Positions 24,301-39,976 of a stretch of 64,000 bases of DNA are shown here, piece by piece; position 1 is the first letter of the stretch; every line of letters starts with the position of its first letter. The DNA lies in assembly GCF_018350175.1 (NCBI RefSeq), contig NC_058369.1:26352001-26416000 (forward strand). The letters run 5' to 3'. The notes under the pieces are model-generated. The model was not told where the DNA came from, searched no databases, and saw only the letters and a program-made list of their open reading frames with translations. The translations under genes were made by a program, and so were the position numbers. The stretch comes from Felis catus (taxonomy: Eukaryota).

Positions 24301-25974
24301 ATAATAGAACTTCCTTCATTAGTTGTTACTGTATGGAACCAAGGAGAATTACATTTTGTTCATTTGTCTGTATTTAATATTTATTTGTATTGCTGTACTT
24401 CCATTATTTGAGAATTCTAAGATTGCAGAGCATGAATGTGTGTATCTGTGTGATTCTTTTAATTTCAGCTGCCTTAGGTTTGGGCAAAAGATGTAAGGAA
24501 GGTAAGTGGTTTTCTATGAAATACAAGACTTTAACTGTTATGTGTCACATTTGGTAAAAAGGATGCTCTTACCCAAGTATTTTATTGGTGATCCTGAAAC
24601 ACTCACCCATATAAATTCAAGTGGCAATTGGTATATTTATTTACCATCACAGCTCAGTAGCAGCTTAGGGGGGAAAACTACCTACCAGAATGTCTGGCTG
24701 GTGTAGCCCTAGGAGGGGCTGAGGGTAAGGCCAGAAAAAGATAGTGGAGTTACCGAGGGCTGCAAGGGTCACAGGAAATGGGCAACCAACTCTGTGGCAC
24801 AAGCAAGTGCTTTAAGGAAGGTCTTTGGCTGTACTCCGTTTTTATTTTGTCCTAGGAGAATAATTCATTCATTGATTCAGAACTATAAAATTAAACTGCC
24901 AAATGTTCACATGCTTGGAAGCTAAGGGGAAGTTTCAGATACGCTTCCAGTTTCCTTCTCCTTGCCCACTAGGGTAGAGTCTTTCCTGCTGCTTCAGCAA
25001 AGATGTAGGGTTAGTGCAGCTCCATCCTGGCCCTGGGTTAGGCCACAGTGGAAGGAAGGGCGCTGAGGAAGATGCCTCCCTGAGAATACCATTGCCAGGG
25101 AGAGAGCCTGCTGCCCCCTGCTTCACTGTTAACGGCTACTCGCATTTTATATTTCTCTAATGCAGCCTAATAGGAAATGACTATTGGAGACAGATGGCCC
25201 TGGGGAGCCCATAACTCAGCCCCTTCTTGCCGAGAATCCAGTTTGTCATTTTACATTAAATCACATCCTTCAAATATTGTGTGTGCTGGCGCAGCTAAAG
25301 AAATGTTCATCCTTTATTAGTCACTGTTACTCAGGTAACCCGACTCTGTGCATACAAATGTCTATCTTTACTTGCTAGCTCAGAGGTGGTGCTGCCCAGG
25401 ACCTGGCTAAAGTAGCTAACGGAGCTTTTCTCTTGGGACCATTGCTAGAATTTGGAAATGGAGTTAGAGCCTCATCTACCCAGAGAAAACGTCACTCTGC
25501 AGAGTTTCGTGTCATCTGTGACATTTGTTCAGTTTTTTCCCACATGACTATTACTGGGAGAAACGGCAACCTTTAATTACTTCCCCTTTGATGCTTGTAG
25601 CTTCCTTGTTCGGTATTTGAAAAAAAACATACAGCACTGGGTAATCTCGGTCCCTCTGAGGGAGAAACATTTGCAGTCTCCTCAAAGCTCGTTGCACCCA
25701 GGACCGAGCAGGAGCCTGTGTGCAGGGTGTTTGGAGATGACACTGACTGCGCGTTCTTTCCTCCGTAGGGATGTCCGCATTACCTCCACCGCCTCCGCCT
25801 CCGCCACCAGCAGCTCCCTTGCTTCCTGCGAGCACAGAGGCGCCTACACAGCTTCCGCCCCAGGCTGTGAATGGTGTGAGCCGAGGGGCCTTACTCAGCT
25901 CCATCCAGAATTTCCAAAAGGGAACTTTGAGGAAAGCCGAAACCTGTGATCACAGTGCTCCTAAGATCGGCTGA
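272..25974 (+). CDS. PXK: PX domain-containing serine/threonine kinase-like protein (MONaKA), 3' part: 10 coding exons, 337 aa + stop in window; 5' exons lie upstream of the window
   Basis: GT-AG exons 272-373, 1839-2000, 2434-2551, 3806-3884, 6507-6555, 12079-12156, 12690-12776, 13231-13300, 15948-16010 and 25769-25974 join in frame (1014 nt). They give AKPKDPFLKKY...YGHLHASNV...LLDLEN...EEERKKRKILARK...PPPPPPPPP...RGALLSSIQNFQKGTLRKAETCDHSAPKIG*, recognised as PXK (pseudokinase, basic region, poly-Pro, WH2). Confidence 0.97.
764..1256. mobile_element. Old hAT-Charlie-type non-autonomous DNA transposon (MER-like), interrupted by a SINE
   Basis: Degenerate TIRs CAGTGTTCTCCA ... TGGCTAGCACTG; flanks ttctacat / ctctagtt resemble a Charlie NTCTAGAN target; subfamily not assigned. 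Confidence 0.5.
957..1186 (+). mobile_element. CanSINE whose tail is a (GAAG)14 microsatellite (1126-1181)
   Basis: CanSINE body (ggctcaggtcatgatctcac...gagcctgcttgggattct); GGAGAAGTT on both sides. Confidence 0.85.
1839..2000 (+). CDS. PXK: PXK coding exon (162 nt, VLKFLHDKGFPYGHLHASNV...FRKIN), degenerate catalytic loop
   Basis: taatag|GTA acceptor, AAT|gtaagt donor. Confidence 0.95.
2434..2551 (+). CDS. PXK: PXK coding exon (118 nt, TLESVDVHCFGHLLYEMTYG...)
   Basis: ccacag|ACA acceptor, TGG|gttagt donor; kinase subdomain IX-like DVHCFG. Confidence 0.95.
3806..3884 (+). CDS. PXK: PXK coding exon (79 nt, VAVLESTLSCEACKNGMPTVSRLLQMP)
   Basis: ttcaag|TGG acceptor, GCC|gtaagt donor; phase continuity with neighbours. 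Confidence 0.93.
4555..4740 (+). mobile_element. MIR fragment
   Basis: MIR core agtttccttatctgtaaaatgaggatgataatag...ggatttaatgagat. Confidence 0.75.
4742..4992 (-). mobile_element. CanSINE
   Basis: Reverse CanSINE with TSD AATAAGTGCTTTT. Confidence 0.9.
6507..6555 (+). CDS. PXK: PXK coding exon (49 nt, LFSDVLLTTSEKPQFK)
   Basis: long pyrimidine tract + ttacag|G acceptor, AAG|gtaaag donor. Confidence 0.93.
6620..7755 (-). mobile_element. L1 3'-end fragment (L1MA/L1_Carn-like) containing a + strand CanSINE at 7412-7623
   Basis: L1 3' UTR/ORF2-end motifs (ttccacatataggtgagatcata, gctattgtaaataatgctgcagtgaaca, gatgttgagcaccttttc). Confidence 0.85.
7870..8151 (-). mobile_element. CanSINE(s) inserted in a second short L1 3' fragment (~7790-8280)
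   Basis: Reverse CanSINE with two stacked tails; gatattttt on both sides. Confidence 0.8.
8420..8631 (-). mobile_element. CanSINE
   Basis: Reverse CanSINE body and tail. Confidence 0.88.
8875..9100. mobile_element. MER20 (hAT-Charlie) DNA transposon relic
   Basis: Characteristic gacattttgggccagat...ggggctgtcctgtgcattgt...ctggcctgtacccactagatg...ttgtgacaa...aaaaaggtctcca. Confidence 0.85.
10075..11830 (-). mobile_element. Old L1 fragment (3' end) interrupted by a young SINE
   Basis: L1 motifs (ggctattgtggataatgctgcaatg, gtggcattgctggatcgtatggtaattc, ttcccagcagcatttattgaagac). Confidence 0.85.
10415..10646 (-). mobile_element. Young felid SINEC_Fc-type SINE
   Basis: CpG-rich copy; perfect 15-bp TSD TCCACTGTGTGTCTT (10400-10414 / 10647-10661). 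Confidence 0.93.
12079..12156 (+). CDS. PXK: PXK coding exon (78 nt, IPTKLKEALRIAKECIEKRLIEEQKQ)
   Basis: tttcag|ATT acceptor, CAG|gtaaat donor. Confidence 0.94.
12690..12776 (+). CDS. PXK: PXK coding exon (87 nt, IHQHRRLTRAQSHHGSEEERKKRKILARK)
   Basis: ttaaag|ATT acceptor, AAG|gtaagc donor. Confidence 0.94.
13231..13300 (+). CDS. PXK: PXK coding exon (70 nt, KSKRSAVENSEEYSAKYSNSNNS)
   Basis: ttaaag|AAG acceptor (NAGNAG), CAG|gtaact donor. Confidence 0.93.
15948..16010 (+). CDS. PXK: PXK coding exon (63 nt, AGSGASSPLTSPSSPTPPSTA)
   Basis: tcttag|CAG NAGNAG acceptor (alternative start 15951), CAG|gtgagt donor. Confidence 0.93.
19730..19950 (-). mobile_element. MIR
   Basis: gctaggcactgttctaagtg...ccattttaaagacactgaagcagaggct...caaggtcacaca...agagccaggatccaaac. 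Confidence 0.7.
20577..20815 (-). mobile_element. CanSINE
   Basis: TSD GAATTGCCCCCTTTT (20562-20576 / 20818-20832). Confidence 0.92.
21882..21914 (+). CDS. PXK: PXK alternative cassette exon encoding VEHAPF* (short isoform C-terminus; stop 21899-21901)
   Basis: Long CT tract + ttttcag acceptor; phase-1 reading gives V-E-H-A-P-F-TGA. Donors at TCG|gtaaag (21914) or AAA|gtaagc (21919). Matches my recollection of the short human PXK isoform ending VEHAPF. Confidence 0.8.
24469..24501 (+). CDS. PXK: Candidate in-frame 33-nt PXK cassette exon (AALGLGKRCKE)
   Basis: ttcttttaatttcag acceptor, perfect AAG|gtaagt donor, length divisible by 3, open in the phase-1 frame of the flanking exons. Confidence 0.5.
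25769..25974 (+). CDS. PXK: PXK terminal coding exon: poly-Pro + WH2 actin-binding motif
   Basis: ccgtag|GG acceptor; GMSALPPPPPPPPPAAP...SRGALLSSIQNFQKGTLRKAET...KIG*; coincides with ORF 25771-25974. Confidence 0.96.
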
Positions 25975-27050
25975 AGATTCGTGTTTACACTTGGAGGGAA
26001 AAGTTCTTTGTTTTTTCCTCCCACCTCCAGCCCCTAAAGCACTCTTTTTCCGGATGAACAATTGCTGAGCCAGTAAAGCCACATACTGTTTTGCAGATGC
26101 TCATCTAAGAGGCTTCTCAAGAGGGAAATATCCAAGTAGAATAAAGTCAGGCTGGCGTTTCTGCCTTAAGAAATAATTCGCTCCTTTATTACCATTTTAA
26201 AGGAGTCTTGTTCATCCTCTAATGGGCATCTTTTAGGGGCAGCAGCATATTGGAGTCAACATTTGCACCAACTTAAGGAGATGGACAGAAAAACAATGAC
26301 AATATTCACTCCCAGCAGTGAATGACCTTTGTGTTGCGATCCCTCCCATCCCATCAGACACTCCCAGAAATGTTCCCCTCATAGTTCATTTCTCTATATA
26401 AAGCATTTTCTGGTTATTTCTTAGATTAATTCCCATTCTTGCTACTTTATTTCCTCTTAGACATTAACACCGTAGTCCACAGCATAGTTACGTCATGGAG
26501 TCAGAGAAGCAACTGAGTTCAATTTTCCGCTCAAATAGACGGGGCCAAGTCCATAACATTCTCTAGGTTCTAACAGGAATACTGCTGTGGTTACAGAACT
26601 CAGGGCTGCTAAGGCAACCACTCTAGACTCACGGTTCCTTTGAGTTTGAGTGTATTGAGACAGATGTTAACATCAGGAAAAGCTCTTGCCAATTAGAGGA
26701 CCTTCTTAATCCTCAGCAATAAAGTTGTTTGTGGTTTGGGGGGAGGGGGTTACTATTAGAACAAAAGTAAATTTGGCATCCATAGAAATCAGTTCTGATT
26801 TTTGAAAGATTTGTCCAAATATATCATTTTTTTAACGTTACTCATTTATTAGATCCTTTATCCTACAATTTGCTTAAACCCTTAAATAAATTGCACTTTA
26901 AAGGATTATAAGTAATCCATTTAAAAATTCAAATACACACATCAGTGTTGGTTACTATGCAGAGAGAATGTCATTGTGTATAGTTTCATTTAATCTGTGA
27001 CAAATGTTCAGCTGTATTTTTTATTAAAATAAACTATGTCAAGAAAATGT
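25975..27050 (+). terminator. PXK: PXK 3' UTR with tandem poly(A) signals
   Basis: AATAAA at 26140, 26718, 26885 and 27028 (the last overlaps ATTAAA at 27023 and is followed by GT-rich tgtgttgtc); 3' end approximate. Confidence 0.7.
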
Positions 27051-27469
27051 GTTGTCTATAGCTTGGCTAGATATTGTAAGTGGGAATTTTTTGTGGGAGC
27101 TTTTAGAAACATAGATCCACACAGTATTTCTAGTTTCCTTCCCACCTATCCTATGTCTGTTTCTTTTGTGTGCTATTTTCCCTCTTAATTACTAAAAGCT
27201 AACAATCCTGTCTTGCTATCTAAATTAGACACCACTTCTATGTTTCTAGAACTAACTTAAACCTGTCTTTTCTGTCTCAACTTCTAAAGAGGACAGCAGA
27301 TGGCAAATGTCTGGTTTTTGGCCATGGGAAGAATACCTGACAGGAATTTTGGTTTAATTTTGATGGGAACCCTAATAGAATTGGCCATTTGAAGGGTCTG
27401 TGGACAAGTTCCTGTTGCAAGTGTGACAGCAGTTTAGGTGATTAGAATCGCTAATTTTTTACCAGAATT

Positions 27470-27919
27470 TTAAGACTCTTCCCATCCCACATTTATTACT
27501 TCAAGAATATAAAAATATAATTAGTCATAGGAATTCCTTTATTCCTTATCAAAACAACCTAACAGCAAATGTACATAATATGCCTTTATTTTTACATATA
27601 AGTTGTCATTTTTGGATACATCTTTCAGCAGAACTCTGCCACATTCATACGTTGTCTTTGTGAGAGGGTAAAATTTTACATCAGCCTTATTCAAAGACCA
27701 TGGTAATTGTAACACACACACAAAAAACCACCCTGGAGTCTAGGGTGGGAGAGAAGAGTTTTCCACATACAAGCACATTTAAACTTATTCCAAGTACAAA
27801 AACATCTGTGTTGTTGCTTTAGACATAACTTTATGAATCATAAGGTCTTACAGTATAATCCAGGTGAAGTATCAGGACGTACTTTAGTAAATCCCAATGA
27901 CTTGAAATTCAAGTCCAAA
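27470..27919 (-). terminator. PDHB: PDHB 3' UTR with poly(A) signals
   Basis: Minus-strand AATAAA (TTTATT on +) at 27585-27590, 27538-27543 and 27492-27497; end approximate. Confidence 0.65.
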
Positions 27920-33237
<5,318 letters not shown>

Positions 33238-35500
33238 CTTGACCGTGTCCTCTAGCCGCCGCCAAATGACAACACAGCGCGGCCGCAGTCCTGTCAGGCC
33301 CCGCCTCCCCCGCCAGCTCTAGCCAATGGCAGGGAGCCGCGCCTGCGTGCCCCGCCCATCCCCCCCTGGGGTGAGGGGCCGAAGGGCGGGACCAAAGTGG
33401 CGCGTGGGGTGGTTCTACAGCTCTTTCTGCGGCCTGACTCCAATCGACTTCGTCCGGAGTGGCGGCTGCTGGCATGCTGGCCGCACGTCGGGGACACGTC
33501 CCTAAGTGGTGCTCCTTGAAGCACGGGACCGAAAGTCAGACTCTGAGGAACATAATTGAAGGCTGGAGGGACCTTAAGAGTTAGGCCAGCCTTTGAGGCA
33601 TTGAAACCCTTAGGGCACCAAGTAACGCTTGCGCACAGTCTAGTGTAGGAACTTTTTCCCTTGTGAATGAGCCCGGTCTTCCCTGGACTGCGCTGTCTGT
33701 TCCCGTAGAACGCGAACGAGAGCTTTCATAGGTGCATTAAGCGGCCTCTTGTGTGTCAGTCATTATGGTAAGAATTGTACAGCTCATTTAATTTTCACAG
33801 GAACCCTCTCAGGTAATTACTGTTACCATCCCTTTTTGTCCTCAAGTCACTTTGGGTTGTCAGTCATCAGAAAGTCCTAAAAGTCCTTTATCCAACACTT
33901 TCAGTCTCTGTGGGCTTGACCAACCTTTTTTTTTTTTTTTTTTTGGTCATTTCAAGCGAGATTTATTAAAAAGGGCCCCCTCCCACCTTTTTAGGTGTAA
34001 CTTAAACAGTAAAATGCACATATCCACCACCTCAGAAAGTTCCCTCATGTTTCTCCCAATCATTCCCCATACATCACTCCATAGGCAATCAGTTTCGATT
34101 TCCATCATGGTAACTCAATTTGCCCTTTTTAGAATTTGAAAAAAAAAGGGAACTATACAAAGTGTACTGTTGTGTCTGACTTCTTTAGTTCAGAAAATGT
34201 TTTTGAGATTCATCCATGTTAAGTGCATCAATAGTTTATTCCTTTTTTTTTTTTTTAATCTTTACACCCAACAGCGGGGCTCAAATTCATAACCTCAAAA
34301 TCAAGAGTCACGTGTGCTTCTGACGGAGCCAGCTAGGTGCCCCTCGTCTTTTCTTTCTTACAGTTGTTTTTGAAAGACTAAGTCTCGCAAGAAAGAGTTT
34401 CCATGTACCCCTCACCTAACTTTGCCTGATATCTTGTATAACCATAGTACATTGTCAGATTCCCCAAACCGACATTGGTACAATGCTGTTAACTCAGGTA
34501 GAGATTTTATTCAGCTTTCATCAGTTTTTATATGCATTCTTGGGGAAAGCATAATAATCCTGTAGAACTGCATCGCATGTACCGATTCACGTAACTGCCA
34601 CCACTATCACAATACAGAATTATTCCATCACCACAAAGCAGCTTCTTCATGTTACCTCATAGTCACACCTTCCTCCACCCCTATCTACTGGCAACCAGTA
34701 ATCTGTTCTCAGTGACTATAATTTGTTACTTCAAGAGTATTTTTATACATTGAATTGTACAATATGTAACTCTTGGAGTTACTATTGTCACTCAGACTAA
34801 CGCTCTTGAGATCCATTCAAACTGTTGCACGTGTCAACATTTTGAACCCTTTTATTGCCCAGTAGTTGTATGATTATCCATTCACCCTTTGAAGGACCTT
34901 TGGGTTGTATCCATTTTCAGCTATTACCAGTAAAGCTGCGATGAACATTGGCTCATAGGTTTTTGTGTAAACCTTAGTTTTCATTTCTTCAGGTAAATAC
35001 TGAGAAGGATATCAAAGTGTTTTTCCAAAGTGGCTGTACCATTTTATGTTACCTCCAACAAGGTATGAGACATCCAGTTGCTCTGGATCCTTGCCCGTGT
35101 GTGATATTATCTATATTTTCTATTTTAGCCATTCTAATAGATGTGTAGCAATGTCCCTCATGACTTAAATTTGCATTTCTTTAATGGTTAATGATTATTG
35201 AACATCTTTTCACATGCTTACTTGCCATCCATCCTTGGTAAAATGTCTGTTCAAGTCTTTTGCTCATATTCTAATTAGATTGTTTTTTATTGTGGTAAAA
35301 TACGCGTCACATAAAATCCACCATTTTAAGTATTGTTCAGTCGCTACCACGGTTAATCTCCAAAACGTTTTCATTTTCCCAAAAGGAAACTCTGTATTCA
35401 TTAAACAGTAACTCTCCATTCCCGTCTTCCCTTAGCTCCTGGCAACTACCATTCTATCCCTATAAATTGGACTACTCTACCTCATGTAAGTGAAATCAGA

Positions 35501-35542
<42 letters not shown>

Positions 35543-36429
35543 TTTCAGCTAGCATAATGTCTTCAAGGCTCATCCATACTGTAGCATGTACCAGACTTTC
35601 ATTCCTCTCTAAGGCTAAGTAATATTCCATTATATGCATGTACCACATTTTGTTTATCCATTCTTGTGATGGACATTCGGGTTGTTTTCAACCTTTAGAT
35701 TTGTGAATGATGCCGCTATGAACATTAGTGTACAAATACCTATTTGCGTCCCTGCTTTCAATTCTTTGGGGTATATACCTAGAAGTGGTGTTGCTGGATT
35801 ATATGTTAATTCTATGATTAATTTTTTGAGGAATGGCGATTCTGTTTTCCATAGTAGATACACCAGTTTATATTCCCACTGGCAATGCACAAGGGTTCTC
35901 CATGTTCTCACCAACATTTATTATTTTTTTGCCTTATTGCTAATAGCCATCCTCATCTGTATGAAGTGGTATCTCCTCATGATTTTTATTTTCATTTCCC
36001 TAATGATTAGTGATATTGATCATCTTTTCATGTGTTTGTTGTCCATCTGTATGTCTTTTTAGAGAAATGGCTATTCAAGTCTTTTGCCTATTTCTCAACT
36101 GAATTGTTGTTAAGTTATAGGAGTTCCTTTTTTAAAAATTTGTTTAAGTAATTTCTGCACCCAACGTGGGGTTCAAACTCATGACCCCAAGATCAAGAAT
36201 CGCATGCTCTTCCAACTCAGCCAGCCAGGTGCCCCAGTCATAGGAGTTCTGTATATATCCTGGATATTAATCCCTTATCAGATATACGATTTGCAAATAT
36301 TTTCTCCCATTCCTTGGGTTGCCTTCTCACTCTGTTGATAGTGTCCTTTGTTACATAAAAGTTTTTAATTTTGAAGTCCAATGTATCTATTTTTTCTCTT
36401 ATTGCCTGTACTTTTGGTATTATGTCCTA

Positions 36430-36831
36430 TGTCAAAGATTCAAAATAGCCCAAGTAACACCAATTAATCACTGAATTAGTAATTAGTAAAAACTTACTAT
36501 GCACACACCAAAAAGACCATTTGTAAACCGGGAGCACTCAAACCAAAGCATGAAATGAGGCTCATGGGTATATTGTTATAAAGCAGTTTATATAGTGAGA
36601 AAGCAGTGAGTTTATTCTTTGCAGTGATTGGCTACAATTTTCAGTGATTACTTCACATTAACCTTAGGAAAGAGTTCAGGTTTTGCTTTTCATTTTTATG
36701 GGCACAAGTAAGAAATGATCCAGATCAAGTTAGCCTTGCAAAGTAAGTTAAATTAAGCTTTTTGCGACTAAACTGGTTTTGTCTGTTTGGGGAATTTTTA
36801 AGGTTGGTCTCCGTTTATTTCTGATTTAACG
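36430..36831 (-). mobile_element. Probable solo LTR (ERV1-class) inserted into L1
   Basis: ~400 nt of non-L1 sequence splits the L1 motif ttttggtattatgtccta | tatctaagaaatcattg; begins TGTCAAAG; family uncertain. Confidence 0.5.
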
Positions 36832-38858
36832 TATCTAAGAAATCATTGTTAAATTTAATACCATGAAGCATTTCTCCTATATTTTTTTCTAAGAGTTTTA
36901 CAGTATTAGCTCTTATGTTTAGTTCTTTGATAAATTTTGAGTTAATTTTTATATGTGGTGTAAAGTAGGGGTCCAGTTTCATTCTTTTCCATGTGGATAT
37001 CCAAATGGTATTCCAATATCATTTGTTGAAAAGACTATCCTTTACTTGTTGACTGCCTTGGCACTCTTGTTGAAAATCATTTGATCATATATGGGAGAGT
37101 TCATTTTTGAGCTTTCTAGTCTATTTCTTGATCTCCATGCCTATATTTATGCCTGTATCACACTGTTTTTGATTAATGTAGTTTTGCAGTAAGTTTTGAA
37201 ATCAGAAGTTGAGTCCTCACCTTTGTTATTCTTTCCTTTTCTTTGTAGGCTGCACGCCCAGTGTGGAGCTTTAACTCACAACCCTGAGGTCAAGAGTTGG
37301 ATGCTCTACTGACTGAGTCAAACAGCCACCCCTGTTATTCTTTTTCAAGGTTGCTTTTGCTATTTGGGATTCTTTGAGATTCCGTATGAATTTTAGGATG
37401 GGTTTTACTGATTCTGCAAACACTGTTGTTGGGATTTTGATAGGGACTGCTTTGGATCTGGAGGTTGCTCCAGGTGGTACTGACACCTTAACAGTATTAA
37501 GCCTTCTAGTTTATGAATACAGGATGTCTTTTTATTTATTTTTGTCTTTTTTTCATTTATTTTCATTTATTTACATCTTTTCATTTATTATCTATAGCAA
37601 TGTCTTATAGTTTTCAGTGTTTAAATCTTTAACCTCCTTGGTTAAGTTAATTCCTAATTATTCTTTTTGATGCTATTATGAATGGAATGGTTTTCTTAAT
37701 TTCCTTTTCAGATTGTCCATTCTCAGTGTATAGATATGCAACTGATTTTTGAGTGCTGATTTCATATCCTACAAATTTGCTGAATTTATTAGTTGTAATA
37801 GGTGTGTGTGTGTGTGTGCGTGTGTGTGTGCATGTGTGTGTGATCTTTAGCATTTTCTATGTATAAGATAATGCCATCTGTAAAAACAAATAATTTTACG
37901 TCTTCCTTTCCCAATTTGGACACCTTTTTTTTTTCTTGCCTAATTGCTCTGGCTAGAGCTTCCAAAACTATGCTGAGTACAAGTGGTAAAAGCAGGCATC
38001 TTTGTCTTCTTCCTGATCTTAGAGGAAAAGTTTTCAGTTTTTCACCACTGAGCTAGCTGATGTTAATTGTAGGTTTTTCATATATAACCTTTATTATGTT
38101 GAGGTTGTTTCCTTCTATTCTAGTTTGTCAAATGTTTTTAACATGAAAGGGCATTGGATTTTGCCATATACTTTTTCTGTATCCATTGAATTGATCATGC
38201 AGTTTTCCCTTCATTCAGTTTATGTGGTGTATTTCATTGATTGATTTGTGCATGTTGAGATTGTTTTCTTACGTTGTGTTCAGAGCACTGTTTGTGGATT
38301 CTGTATGCAAGTCTTTTGTCAGTTATGTGATTTGCAAATATGTTTCTGTTTATGGTTGTCTTTTCATCCTGTGAAGATATTTCACAGAGCACAAGTTTTT
38401 AATTTTGACAAAGTCTAATCTTTCAATTTTTTCTTTTATGGATTATGCTTTTTGGTATCATATCTGAGAAATTTTCACCTAACACTGGCATACAAAGATT
38501 TTTTCCTTTTTAATAAAAGTGTTATGGTTTTATATTTTCCACTTAAGTCTATGATCCAATTGGAGTTAATTTTTGTATAAGACACGAGTTTTAGGTTGAG
38601 GTTTTGGGCTTTGTCCTTAAGAATGTCCAATTATTCCAATACTTTTTGTTGAGAAGACTACTTTCTCCATTGAATTATTTTTGCATGTTTGTCAAAAATC
38701 ATTTGGCCAGGGTTGTGTAGATGTATTTCTGTACTCTATTCTGTTTCATTGATCTATATCTCTGTCCCTCCTCCTCCAATACCATTTTGTCTTGATAACT
38801 GTAGCTATATTGTAATTCTTAAGAGCAGGTAGTGGGATTCCTATAACATTATTCTTTT

Positions 38859-39068
38859 TTTTTTTTTAATGTTTATTTATTTTTGAGACAGAGAGAGACA
38901 GCATGAACGGGGGAGGGTCAGAGAGAGAGGGAGACACAGAATCTGAAGCAGGCTCCAGGCTCTGAGCTGTCAGCACAGAGCCCAATGCGGAGCTCGAACT
39001 CACGGACCGTGAGATCATGACCTGAGCCGAAGTCGGACGCTTAACCAACTGAGCCACCCAGGCGCCCC
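38859..39068 (-). mobile_element. CanSINE (young)
   Basis: TSD ACATTATTCTTTT 38846-38858 / 39069-39081. Confidence 0.92.
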
Positions 39069-39749
39069 ACATTATTCTTTTTCAAAATCATTTTGGTTAT
39101 TTTAGTTCTTTTACCTTACTACATACATTTTAGAATCAGTTTGTTTGCAGTTCACTCCTTTTTGTTGTTGTTCACCCATCTTATTGGCAGACACCTGGAC
39201 TGTTTCCAGTTTGAGGCTACTATGAATAAAGCTGCTATGAATATACAGATAAAAGTCATTATGTAGACCCATGTTTCTCTTTCTCTTGGAGTGAAATTCT
39301 GGGTCATAGATCAGGCATATGTTTAACTTTACAAGAAATGCCAAACAATTCTCCAAAGTGGTGATACCGTTTTATTTTCCTTCTGCCAAGATGAGCAAGT
39401 TTCAGTTGCTCCCGATCTTTACCAACATTTGGTAATACCAGTTTTTAAAATTTTGCTATCCTGCTTGGTGTGTTTTTATATTTCATGTGGTTTTAATTTT
39501 TATTTCCTTGAATATCAATCACATTGAGCACTTTCCATGTGCTTATTGTCTGTCAACTTCTTTTAAGAAAGTCATCATGACAGAATTCAAACTTCCCATG
39601 TAAAGTCTCAGTAATGAAGCTTTCCTTCTGTTCCCTATAGGAAGAAGCAGAGAAGACATGCTTTTTCTCCAGGGACTGGTGACATAATAATTACTTTATC
39701 AACAACAATGTCTCCGGTTTCTATGGTATCTTACAAATACATTTTTATC

Positions 39750-39976
39750 GGGGCGCCTGGGTGGCGCAGTCGGTTAAGCGTCCGACTCCAGCCAGGTCAC
39801 GATCTCGCGGTCCGTGAGTTCGAGCCCCGCATCGGGCTCTGTGCTGACGGCTCGGAGCCTGGAGCCTGTTTCCGATTCTGTGTCTCCCTCTCTCTCTGCC
39901 CCTCCCCCGTTCATGCTCTGTCTCTCTCTGTCCCAAAAATAAATAAATGTTGAAAAAAAAAATTAAAAAAAAAAAC
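39750..39976 (+). mobile_element. Young felid SINEC_Fc-type SINE
   Basis: GGGGCGCCTGGGTGGCGCAGTCGG head, CpGs retained, TSD ATACATTTTTATC 39737-39749 / 39977-39989. Confidence 0.94.

Larger units (their letters stand above)
33960..39560 (-). mobile_element. Mosaic of nested old L1 fragments (L1M-type) with embedded SINEs, an LTR and a (GT)19 repeat (35503-35540)
   Basis: Repeated L1 3' UTR/ORF2 motifs in reverse orientation throughout; internal boundaries not resolved. Confidence 0.8.
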
